A DNA stretch of 64,000 nucleotides from Macrostomum lignano (Eukaryota). Location: contig NIVC01002854.1 of the NCBI GenBank assembly GCA_002269645.1, forward strand, positions 1-64,000. Direction: 5' to 3'. The notes beneath the pieces are model-generated. The model saw only the letters and a program-made list of their open reading frames with translations, was not told the DNA's origin and did not search any database. The position numbers were made by a program, and so were the translations under genes. Below, piece after piece: positions 38,025-49,000 of this stretch; the first letter of the stretch is position 1, and each line of letters begins with the position of its first letter.

Positions 38025-38520
38025 GGCGAGGGAGCGCCCAAGGCGGAGACAGGACGGCGCGGAGCGCCAAGGCAGAAAACGGCGCAGCGCGCCAGGCGGA
38101 GAAAGGCGCAACGCGCCAAGGCAGGAGACGGCGCAGCGCGCCACGGCAGGGAACGGCGCCACGCGCCAAGGCAGAGAACGGCGCCACGCGCCAAGGCAGG
38201 AAACGGCGACAGGGCGCCACGGCAGGGAACGGCGCCACGCGCCAAGGCAGAGAACGGCGCAGCGCGCCAGGCGGAGAAAGGCGCAGCGCGCCAAGGCAGG
38301 AAACGGCGCCACGCGCCAGGCAGGAACGGCGCAGCGCGCCAGGCGGAGACGCGCAGGGGCGCCAAGGCAGGAAACGGCGCAGCGCGCCAGGCGGAGAACG
38401 GCGCAGCGCGCCAAACAGGCAGAAGGGAGGGAACCGGCGCGGAAGCGCCCAACAGACAGGGGGGAGAGGACCAGCGCGGAAGCGCCCAACAGGCAGGAAG
38501 GAGAGAACCGGCGCGGAAGG
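38025..38520. repeat. About 25-bp GC-rich array of GGCGC-NNN-GCGCC hairpins
   Basis: 13 perfect 5-bp-stem triloops between 38056 and 38412, plus about 5 imperfect units. Confidence 0.9.
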
Positions 38521-39339
38521 CGGAGAACAGCGGGGCCACAGGGACCCGTGGCCAACAGGGGCCACAGGAGGTAGTTTAACGCCTTGCCCAGGGCGTGAGC
38601 AAACTAATGCTTGCCACCCTACAGCTGGAGCAGGCCGGACACCTGGCACGCCCGGTACCTAACGGGTGGGCAGATGGGGCGCCCATAGCTGGGTCTGGGT
38701 TCAGTGGCTGGGGCTGGTGGATTAACTGCCTGTGCGGCGACTGGGTCCGCCACAGGCTCGGGAGGCGCCATGCCGAAGTCTTTCCCGTTGCCGGACATTG
38801 TGCGAGATGAAGCTCAGGCAGGAGCCCGAGTGAGGCGAACGGAGCAACCACGAGTGAGAGTAAGGTTCCAGAGAGAACGAATTGAGGTTGATGACGCGAG
38901 AGAGACGAGAGAGATTGCGTCCTACTAACAAAAATACGTGCCTGACAGGGGCGAACCACAAAAAGCCTATAACAGGGGAGAGTCCTATCACGCAAACCAC
39001 CCAGACTAACTGTCAGGCAATAGTCCCTACAAACAATCAGCGCACAGCGTAACCTGGCGTGGCTTGGCACACGCAGCGGAGCTATCTTGGCAGAGCGTAA
39101 GCTCGAGCTCAACGCAGTTGACAGCGCGCGTTGCTCAGGGCGACGACCAGCGACGACTCGCGGCGACGAGCGAAGACCGGCCGAGCAGTCAGGACCCCTG
39201 GGCCTGACGTGGCACAGGCTCTCGCAGCCTTGCGGACCGAACCTCAGGCGTGGCACAGGCTCTCGTAGCCTTGCGGACCGAACCTCAGGCGTGGCACAGG
39301 CTCTCGCAGCCTTGCGGACCGTCAGGCAGAAACGTGGCA

Positions 39340-39880
39340 GGCCGGCACTCAGTCACGAGCCGGCAGAGCTGAGCAGAATCTCGCTGACGCTTGGTTGCGA
39401 GCTGGCAGGGCTGAGCAGAATCTCGCTGACGCTTGGTTGCGAGCTGGCAGGGCTGAGCAGAATCTCGCTGACGCTTGGTTGCGAGCTGGCAAGGCTGAGC
39501 AGAAGTCTTGATGGCGCTTGCTTGTGTGCTGGCAGCGCTGAGCAGGAGTCTCGGTGGCACTGATTACGAGTTGGCAGCGCTGAGTAGAAGTCTTGATGGC
39601 ACTGATTTAGTTGTGAGCCGGCAGTGCTGAGTAGGCGTCTCGGTGGTGCTTAGTTTCGAACGTGTTGATGTTGAGCAGAATCTCAGTGGCGCTTAGTTGC
39701 GAACCGGCAGTGCTGAGCTTGGTCTCGGTGGTGCTGACTTAGTTGCGAGCCGGCAGTGCTGAGTAGGAGTCTCGGTGGTGCTGACTTAGTTGCGAGCCGG
39801 CAGTGCTGAGTAGGAATCTCGGTGGGGCTGACTTAGTTGCGAGCCGGCAGTGCTGAGTAGGAGTCTCGGTGGGACCTCCA
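39340..39880. repeat. 42-47-bp tandem array derived from the PBS-adjacent leader
   Basis: About 12 units. Those nearest the PBS carry TCTCGGTGG and become progressively more diverged away from it. Confidence 0.85.
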
Positions 39881-40730
39881 AAATTATGTCACGTTATTGG
39901 CGTAGCGGCCAGCTATGCGGTGACCCTTAAAAAGGCCGTTTTAGTCCCAAAATAAGTTGAAGTCAATTCTTGTAAAGCGGATTTTGTAGCGGAGCACTTG
40001 GCGATAAAGGCAGGAACTGCCGTAGTTGTCTTTATTGTTAATATCAGTATTAAGTTGGTTGTTACTGGCAATAAACAGACTATAGCTTTCTGGGCACTGG
40101 CGGCTGCAGCAATGGGTTGAATATAATTTGGATATGAAGTCAAGTGGCAGGCGAATGACACAATGGCGACGTGACGTGAGCAGTGGCTATGAGCACGGTG
40201 AAGGCGGTGAAACGTAGTGGTGAGTTGGCGTCGGTCGTGGCGTGAAACAGTCAAGTAAGTGTGTGAGCAGGCTGGCCCAGACAGAAGGGCCGTGGTGAGA
40301 AATAAGGAGGCTCGAGGCAGCCAGACAAACAGATAAGACAGCTAAGAGGCCGCAGGGAAGGAAACAAGGGACAAGCGGGGAGAGACGAAAAAGCGTGAGG
40401 GGTGCCCGCCGCCAGGCGGGGGGTTTAATAAAAGAGCGCAGAGGGGGGTAGCGCGAGCACGAGTGATTTCATTGGCTGGCGAGAGAACTTAAAATTATCG
40501 ATCGTGCCAAATTTATACGGTGGCGAGAGAGGATAGCAAAATATACAATGAATTATAAATTGCCACAAAATCGTTGGGCACTACTACAAGTAAACGTCGC
40601 AATAAACGAATGGAAAAGTTTAGTTGAAGCGGTGAAACTGAAGGGTTGAATGACTATGGAAAACCAGCAGTCCAACGGCCCTTTTCGGGACCACCTTAAA
40701 CTGACAACGTCACAAAGCAATTGTGATTTC

Positions 40731-41594
40731 TTACATTCTCTCAATGATCAACGTCAATACAAACTCTTCCCCGTTGAAATCAACACCTACACCATCTTCA
40801 GTCTCAAACTGTAGCACAATCTCGTGAATTTCCTTATTACTCAATACAACTCTTTTCACTGGATTGGGTTTCTCTACCACCATCTGTCCTCCAGCTACAG
40901 AGTTGGAGATGTTGTACAAAATATTAGTTCGCTTTCCCTTAAATACCCAATCAAGACTGAGATTAGTTCTGATTAGAATATTCAAACCCTTTACAATGTC
41001 TGCTATATTGGGTGCTAAGAACAAACCGCGTACACTTTCCCGGGCCATGCTAACGGCCCCCGATGCTTGAGTGGCGGTCCGTGCCGCGGATTCTGCCTTA
41101 TAAACTTTCTTCTCGAATCCCAATTCCCTATACCAAGTGTCATCTTTAAACTCAACCTCCGCATCTTTGTGAACTTGCATGACCACTCTCATTACAGTGA
41201 GATCATAGGTTAGTTTGACAGGGAACAGTTTCTTCTCTGGCTTACTCGCATCAGGTGTCTCAAAATGGCCTCTTTTAGTAAAGACATTTTCTAGAAAGTT
41301 ATTGTAGGTATCCACACTTTGCGCGCTCACATGGAATACCACAGGGTCTGCTGCTGCACCTTTCCATTTGTAATAAAACTTATTATTTGCTGCCGACACA
41401 TTGGTAACGTTTGACCAACCAGTGAAGTCGTTAAGATAGACATGGTAATTAGCACCTGGATCCAGGCGAATTGCCTGCTCTAATTTTTGAATAAATATCC
41501 CGTTTGAGTCATTAATTCGCCCAGTTATTGTAATAGGAATGCTCTCCTTGGAGTGCGAAATAATATTATTTAGTCTTTCAGCAATCGCTTCCAT
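40731..41594 (-). CDS. Polinton minor capsid protein (penton-like), 287 aa, intact
   Basis: C-terminal ILIRTNL..ILYNISNSVAGGQMVVEKPNP..IHEIVLQFETEDGVGVDFNGEEFVLTL resembles the Polinton/adintovirus penton signature. It lies directly downstream of the major capsid gene. Confidence 0.75.
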   Translation of the reverse strand: MEAIAERLNNIISHSKESIPITITGRINDSNGIFIQKLEQAIRLDPGANYHVYLNDFTGWSNVTNVSAANNKFYYKWKGAAADPVVFHVSAQSVDTYNNFLENVFTKRGHFETPDASKPEKKLFPVKLTYDLTVMRVVMQVHKDAEVEFKDDTWYRELGFEKKVYKAESAARTATQASGAVSMARESVRGLFLAPNIADIVKGLNILIRTNLSLDWVFKGKRTNILYNISNSVAGGQMVVEKPNPVKRVVLSNKEIHEIVLQFETEDGVGVDFNGEEFVLTLIIERM

Positions 41595-41614
41595 TTTTTG
41601 TCCTAAAAAAATAT

Positions 41615-42853
41615 TTAAACTTTACTGGATGAATTGTTGATCATGTTAAGCTTCACCTTCCTCTCAAATGCATAGATAATGTACAAGTCCACGGGTGTTG
41701 CGACAGTCCTCTCAATGTTAGTCACGATATTCACAGGGCTGTTATCAGTAGGCATTTGTCTGGCAGCCACATCAGCGCCAAACATCGGATATAGAGTTCC
41801 ATATTGAAGAGCAGTGATAGCAATTCCATTGTTCTCTTTCACAGCCAAGTCGACCAACTCGCTGTAAAATTTGCTAATCTTGTTCTGACTGAAATCTCCA
41901 TTTTGTGGCAGTGCAGGGTAAAGATTATCACTGATTTCATGCTGAATGGACCGCACGTCTCCATGCATGTAGCGTATAATGCTATTTGGGTTTCTCATGT
42001 TAATAATAATATACCTTGGATTGCTGCATGATCCCTCTTTAATGCAGATGTTTGTTCTAGTTTCGTTTCGCTCATCTCGACACATGTAGGCCGTGTATGC
42101 AACATCAATGTCCTTCTCTATTGCCTTGAGATAATCCGCTTTTAGTGCGGTCTTTGGCTCAATGGCTTCCAAATACAGCTCGATTCCGGTTAGCTTCACC
42201 TCCATCCTTGTGTGATCCGCCCCAGTCCACAACACTCTACTGCGATCACCTCTAGTCATCTTAAAAGTGTAGCTAAAGTTACTAGTCAGTCGATTAAATG
42301 TATTACAGAATCCACTCATGAATCTTAGTGGTACAAATACATCAACAGACCGATACAGCGGGTTCTTAGCAGCATCATCAGCACCTTGCAATGCATAGTT
42401 GTATCTCTTCTTCCTCTTTTTATAGCCACTGTCATTGATGTCTCCTTCAGGATTCTCGATCAAACAATGAGCGTCATAGACAATTCCAAAGTTGGCGATT
42501 CGCTCCAACTCTGTGCTCCCATTCGATACACTAAACTCCTTGAACATGTACGCCCAAAAGTTACTAATCAGAGCCACATCCGCATCATGCTTGTCAACGT
42601 TAGCACGAGCCGCATCCGCACCAACCTTTGTCTTGAATTGAAATGTCATATGGAAGCCGCTCTTAAGACTGTGCACACTAACCAAAGACGAACATCCATT
42701 GTATGTGAATGTCAGCGTTTGACCAGGACCAAGATTAGTTTCATTCTGATTTTACTGACTGGGAACTCTTACCTGAGTCGCTTTGATTGTGCTATCATCA
42801 CTCAAAATAGGCTTGTTAATTTTGTAGAAAACTGGTGTCAGTGGGTCGTTCAT
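41615..42853 (-). pseudogene. Polinton major capsid protein (hexon-like, double jelly roll), 412 codons with one in-frame stop
   Basis: ATG 42853 (MNDPLTPVFYKINKPILSDDSTI) is in frame with ORF 41615-42685, with a single TAA at 42752-42754. NPRYIII, LYP..NGDFSQN and YPMFGADV motifs resemble Maverick MCPs. Confidence 0.8.
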
Positions 42854-42883
42854 TTTTTAACTAAAAATAAAATAAAATAAGAA

Positions 42884-44142
42884 ATGAAGCGAAAAAGTAC
42901 ACAGCAGATATCTGAATTGGAGAAGCTAGCACAAGCAGAGAAACGAGTTACCGGGCTAATAAATAAGGAGCAACAATCCTACAATGAGTTTGTCCAAGCA
43001 GCCACCGAATTTCACAAACCCGGATACACAGAAGCGAAGAAAAACCTCGACACTGTGAAGGAAGCAGTTGATGATATTCAAGAGAGCCAGTTGCAAAACA
43101 CATTGGGTAAAATCCCATCTTCACCAGGACAACCACAGGCTCAGGAACCAGGACAACCAGAAGCACAACTGGTGCAGATGAAAGTGACGGATAACTTTTT
43201 TGGCCCCGTATTGGATGATGGAAAATATATTTTTGGAATTAGCGCCTGCGAAAAAATATTACCGGGGAACCGGCGGATTACAACATTGAAGTGACAAAGG
43301 AAAATATTTTAATCAATAAAGGCGCAAAAACTAAAAGAATCCAGTTTACTCAAACTTTACTTGATTACATGACTAAAAATCTAGAGAAAACGTCTAAAAA
43401 GCAGTTCGAAAATTACAAAGATCTTGTTACCTTTGCTCTCGATAGGGACATAATTATGCTCAAGAACGACGGTGTTTTGAAAATTTTACATGAAAACGGG
43501 ATTGTCTTGAACAGGTTTAGAAAATACAAATACTTTAAACAATGGTTTGGTTTGCCGGATCAAGAAGAGATCATAAGACAACAACCACAACAACCACAAC
43601 CACAGCAGCAACAACCACAACCACAACCACAACAACAACCACAACCATAACAACTGCCACAACAACCACAACAACCGCCACAACAGCAGCAACATTTCAC
43701 AGAAGAACAAGTACTCAGGCAACTGGAAAATGCAGATCCAGCTCAAGTAGCTAAATATAAAAATGATCACCCAACAGACTGGCAACACTTAGAACAACAC
43801 TCTCCAGATTGAATGAACAGAATCAAGCAAAGAGTTTTCACACCTCAACAAAGACAGGCGCCACATGACAGTTCCATCTCTGAAAGTGAGCGGTCTTTTT
43901 CATCACCTCCCCAGCAGCTTCAAGCCCAACCAACTCCACAACCTCAAGACCAACCGCCTTCAACTGGAAAAGGAATTTCTGAAATCTACAAGCGAGTAGC
44001 GGTTCTTCTAGGAGCGGCAAAGACCGGAATGAAAGATGAGAATAGAAAAGAATTTGTCAACATCCTGGACAAAATGCTTGAGAGAAAATACATCGATAAG
44101 AGGGCGAGAGAGCTTCTGCTTTCGCGGTTCAACAAAAAATAA
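42884..44142 (+). pseudogene. Polinton PZ-like protein with Gln/Pro microsatellite, disrupted
   Basis: One frameshift near 43290 and in-frame stops at 43648 and 43810. C-terminal RVAVLLGAAKTG..EFVNILDKMLERKYI resembles the conserved Maverick PZ tail. A (CAACCACAA)n tract lies at about 43580-43660. Confidence 0.6.
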
Positions 44143-44158
44143 TTTATTTCAAGTAAAA

Positions 44159-44544
44159 ATGCCACTTATTTTCGAAAAAGACATTGACAAATACTATGAC
44201 AAAGAGGAACTTAATCTCATAAAACGTGGATCTGGACTTTTCCCTGCAGGCCACTATCCAAGAAAAGAACGCTCTGGAATGGCCTTGCCGATTTGATCGC
44301 TCAGGGGGCCAAGATTTTTAAGGTCATTGGAGAGAACAAAGAGAACATCAAGAACGTTGCCGAAGCGGCTGGCAGTGTAGCCACAGCAGCCAAAAAGATA
44401 AAGGATACTGTAACACCTAAACAAGAGATTCAACCGCTGGCCCCGCTGGCTCCGCTGGCCCCAAATCCAGACAGTGTGGACCCTGCAGTCTATGAGAAGA
44501 TGAGAGCTAGCATTAAAAAAGGAAGTGGTTTCAAATTTGACTAA
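44159..44544 (+). pseudogene. Small basic core/pVII-like Polinton protein (one frameshift near 44290)
   Basis: MPLIFEK..IKRGSGLF joined to IAQGAKIFKVIG..IKKGSGFKFD. The paired GSG motifs are typical of small adintovirus-type ORFs; function inferred only. Confidence 0.5.
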
Positions 44545-44590
44545 AGGGTACTTTCCGAGGGTAAAAGACATGTAAGAGTATAAGACTAGT

Positions 44591-44670
44591 CCCAAAATGA
44601 CACATCTAAGGCCCGAAATGACATATTTAAGTCCCGAAATGACACATCTACGACCCAAAATGACACATCT
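44591..44670 (+). repeat. Four 21-bp direct repeats (CCC[A/G]AAATGACACATCT) upstream of the ATPase
   Basis: Units at 44591, 44612, 44633 and 44654. Confidence 0.85.
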
Positions 44671-44711
44671 TCTAAATGATTTATTATTTAATTTTTTTAA
44701 TCATAGGAAAA

Positions 44712-45512
44712 ATGGACTTTTCAAACGACTTCAATCCTCACTGGACGCGTAATCAGATTAAGTTTTCTCATCACGAGTCAATCCCGAGTCACTTCAGATG
44801 CATTGTTGTTGGTTCATCAGGTTCAGGTAAAACATTTAGAGTCTTTAACATGTTTCTTAGACCTGGCTTTATCGACTATGACACTCTGCACATCTACTCT
44901 CCCACACTGTATCAAGATGAGTATAAAATGTTGATTTCTGGATTGCAAAACAAACTGAACAAAGAGGACATTATTCAATGTTTTAATAACCAACAAAACC
45001 TTCCCAGTAACCCAGAAATTGTAGCTGCTGAATATGCAAAGCACCTTAAAGACAATGAAAAATGGCAGAACACCAAAGTGTTCACCTATGGAGATCCACA
45101 GGCTGATCCAAAGACCAAACTTCTACCCCAACCAGATGAGCTAGAAAAAGGGAGAAAGCATTTGATTGTCTTTGATGATTGTATGACAGGCCCACAGAAG
45201 CAGATAGAAAACTATTTTACAAGAGGACGACATAACAATTGTAATGTAATTTACATTGCACAAAACTGGTTCGAGCTCCCGAACAAAACAATTCGTGGGA
45301 ACTGCAATCTGATTCTCCTGTTTCCAACAATTCCACAGGATAGGCTAAAAAGATTTTACAATGAGGTCATTGCGCCAGCCTATTTTATAAATCCAACAAA
45401 AAACTCAAGCAGAAAGATTTCCCAAGAGGAATTCGTTAACCTCTGCTGCGAAAAGTGGAACCAACCATATCAGTTTGTCATGATCAACAAGGAAAAAAGA
45501 ACTGTAATTTAA
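44712..45512 (+). CDS. A32/FtsK-like DNA packaging ATPase, intact
   Basis: Walker A GSSGSGKT, Walker B LIVFDD, and FTRGRHNNCNVIYIAQ..IRGNCN. Confidence 0.95.
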   Translation: MDFSNDFNPHWTRNQIKFSHHESIPSHFRCIVVGSSGSGKTFRVFNMFLRPGFIDYDTLHIYSPTLYQDEYKMLISGLQNKLNKEDIIQCFNNQQNLPSNPEIVAAEYAKHLKDNEKWQNTKVFTYGDPQADPKTKLLPQPDELEKGRKHLIVFDDCMTGPQKQIENYFTRGRHNNCNVIYIAQNWFELPNKTIRGNCNLILLFPTIPQDRLKRFYNEVIAPAYFINPTKNSSRKISQEEFVNLCCEKWNQPYQFVMINKEKRTVI

Positions 45513-46024
45513 AATTTGCTATTAAAAGATGTCTATCAATTTTGCAGGTGAATCCATTTCTGGCAACAGCACTCTTACATCAGCTCAAATATCCATCCTT
45601 GACAGGCGATATATCAACAGCGACGAAAAGATCTTAGAGATCAAACTGAATAAAAACAGACCGAAACAATTAGAGCGCTCCATGCACCAGCTACAGATAA
45701 ACATAGAAGATCTCCGCATAAAAGTAGCTAGGCAGAAGTTTGAAAGTGATAAGCTTTATGCGCAGTTTGCACACGCAACTAATGAAGTTAGGTCAGAAAT
45801 AACTTCGGCAGTCTCGCAAATCAATAGGTTAACATCGACAGTTAATCTTCTGGGAAATTCCACTGATAGGCGGATGCGTATTCTTGAAGAAGGAGTTTTC
45901 ACAAACACAGTTAAAGTGAGGAATGTAGAAGAGTTCATGACTCAATCAACAGCGTTGCATGATAGAATTAGAGAAAACGTCGCAACCAACACAGGCAAAG
46001 TGAGGAATTTAGAAGAGTTCATGA

Positions 46025-49000
46025 CAAGGACTACTTAAGTAGAAGGACGCTGCACTCCCGAATGGTGTAGATTTTTTTGAAGGCCATTTTTCAAAATGCT
46101 GTTATTTTTAAATGGTTGCATGTAGAGGTCTAGTTTTTTCACGGGGTTGCTCAGAATTTATTCCTCTTTTAGATGAGTGAACAGTTTCGGCTGCAACTAC
46201 ATGTATTCGCGAGAAATGTACAGCAAGGTACTGTTACCCCCTTCTTTATTATAGAACAATAAAGCTAGGATATTTAAAGGATAATTCCGACAATTGAGCT
46301 AATGTAATCCAATTAAAATGAGATGAGATTAACAAAGAACGAAGCCCGTCAGTCTGTACTTTTCAAAAGCCATCCCTGATCTTTTCAACAATAAAATAAC
46401 AAAGAGCAAAAGCAGAGAAACTGGCACAATGCCAGTGCTGATAACAATCGATGTATCGTTGTTGGACTGGAAACAAAAAATGTTGAACTGAACTGGTTGC
46501 TTGTTGCACAGCAGCTCATTGTACTTTAATCTCAATTGATAGCTACAGTAAGGCAAATATGTATGTAAGGCTGCAAATATAAGACTGTGTATAGTGTATA
46601 GTGTATAGAAACTGTGGCAACTATTGGGTAGGCAACAGCAGTAAAATGCAGAAACCAACTTATGAAAGCAGCAACAAATGTTTAAACCAACGTATGAAAG
46701 CAGCAACAGATGCATAAACCAACTTATGAAAGCATAAGCATATTCAATGACGTGAATGTGAATTGGGTCTGTATAAAACATGGACAACCATGGACTATGG
46801 GTCAAATTACATGCTCAATCAATTAACAATGTTCGCTTCAATTCTACGAGCTATGTTGCCTCCGATTTTGGCTTATTGCATTTTTGGTTGGATATTTCGA
46901 TATTTTCCAGTGTCCACTTCGTTTGTTTAAATTAGAGGTGTCTAAGTGTACAATGGGTGTTCAAGTTTTATACGAACTCGGTGTGTTGATAGAATGTCAC
47001 GGATTTCTCAAAAAGCGTACAAACAGCTCATAACTAACTTGATGCTAACTTTCGCAGACGCCGTCCACTGCCGGGCGTCTCTCGTACATGGTCCGAATCA
47101 CGACGCACGAGTCCTTTAAAAAATGTGTTAGCTAACCTCCTGGAAATGCGGCTAACCTGAGCTGGATCTGAAACAGTTACATCCATGAAAGCTTCAAAAA
47201 CGTTAATAAAAGATCGGACACAATAGTTGACGCAGTGGATCTTGACAGAGGAGAAAAAAGCATAGCACAGGCTGGAGAAAACTAAAAGCCACTCTGGCGG
47301 GTGCCGGAGCTTGCCACGAGATAGCAGCGATGTAAATTCGCTACCGCCAGGAAACTCAGTTGCAAATGCTTCAAAAACTTCTGGAAGATGCTCTTTAGCA
47401 GCAACGTAACCGGAAATATAGTACAAAGAAGCATTCTCCTCATCTGTATTGTGGCTGATCTTGTCTTGAAGCTGATCAAACACCTCTAGATCAGAGTCCT
47501 TCATCCCATCGGAACAGCATGTCGCCGGCTCATGAGCCTCAAAGCTGTTCTGAAGCGCTCCGTACAATTTCATTCGGTGCAGCCGAGCACTGGCCATAAC
47601 TTGCTCGACTGTTATGTAGTAACACCCGCCGTGGCCCTGGCGGTAGAGAGCGAACTCGGCCTCCAATCTGTCTGATTGCAGTACACCTTAAAGACAATTT
47701 CGTGACCCATTAGATAGCCGTGACCTGCATCCCCACAATTCATTAAATTCATTCCCTAGCAACAATTATTCAAAAACTGATTGCTGCATGTAAATAATGC
47801 AAAGAACTCACCAAGAAGAACGTAAGAAAATCGATGGTTGGTTAGAAGGTGTCTGCTGAGGCCCACCAGACCTCTTGTTGTCTGGATTAAAGCGTTGCGC
47901 GTCTCTGTGGTGAGCGACCGACCGCGTCCCGCACCTCGTCCACCCGGCATGCGCTCCACCAGTGCGGAGAAATTAAGTAAATGTGTCAAGCTGCTAGATT
48001 CTTCCGACGTAATTGGAGCCCTAAGTTTGTCATTCAAGGCAACGTGTGATTCTGGTGATTTAACATTAACTATTTTCCAAAAGGTGACCACATGGTCCAC
48101 AAAGTCGGCTGAGTCATGGCGACCGTTAACACGAAGTGCGGCAACCGTCTTCTCGTTGAAGATGTCGACAACTAGTGACACCTTTTGTCGCTCCAGTGGA
48201 GACGGATTGCACGCGACAGAGTTGACTGAAGTCGGGCGAACTACTTGTCCACGGGATCGCTCCTCGATTTCAACAATATCATTCCAGCGTGCTCGGCAAA
48301 CACGTTCCTGCTTATCTGCTGATGGGTGAAAATCGATCTCCTTGTGCGCTTGAGTGAACCAATTATTTCTTATATTCTTAAACAAATGCACTGTGTCAAA
48401 CAACAGAAACAATGGTTTCTCTGCGTCTGCAGGGTTTTCGGCAAGCCATGGTGTGTTTGTGTCGCAATGAAACAGTTTGAAACAGTTCTGGTTAGTGAAG
48501 TGATTATCGCAAATCAAGCTCACAACTGTACCACCACAGCCGTGGACAATTTCAATAAGTCGTACAACCTGTCTGTGTAAAAACGCAGGCTGTAAACTAT
48601 AGATTGGCACAAGTCTGGCAACAAACGCAGGTGCGCCCATAAATGGTTTTACCATAATGGCGAGAATAGTCCGAGCAAGCTTCTGTGGAACATCCTCAGC
48701 AAAGCCAACTACATGGACACCTTTGAGACGAAGTGAAGGTTGCACATACACTTCATCAAAGATGATTGAGCACAGGCACTGAGACGGTGTGTTGTGTTCG
48801 AAATTCGACTTGACAATTTGCTGACAGTCGGTGTCGGTTCCAATGCTGCCAAGTCCACCCAGATGACGTTTGAGAGTGTCTGGATGTGGTAGACAGGCGA
48901 ACTCTCTCATTGCACGATAGCCAGCACGACTGGTGAAGTACATTCTGGCAGCTGTCATTATATCATTTGCAGCATACCGTACGCCATGATGCTGAACAAC

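Larger units (their letters stand above)
36267..40714 (-). mobile_element. Very young non-autonomous (LARD/TRIM-like) LTR retroelement inserted in the Polinton TIR
   Basis: 828-bp LTRs 36267-37094 and 39887-40714 with no differences found, TG..CA ends and a 4-bp TSD AAGC. PBS TGGAGGTCCCACCGAGA (39864-39880) is complementary to the tRNA-Gln 3' end. Purine tract GGAAGGGAGGCGAG lies before the 3' LTR. No RT, integrase or clear gag in the 2.8-kb interior. Confidence 0.92.

Noticed and set aside
37576-38662. Five or six long overlapping ORFs (263-357 aa) on both strands
   Set aside because: They are by-products of the stop-free GC-rich hairpin array: low-complexity R/A/P/G translations, open in nearly all frames, with no domain motifs.
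47838-48580. Plus-strand ORFs within the P element, and similar shadow ORFs opposite Gypsy, BEL and PolB
   Set aside because: Antisense shadows of real coding frames.
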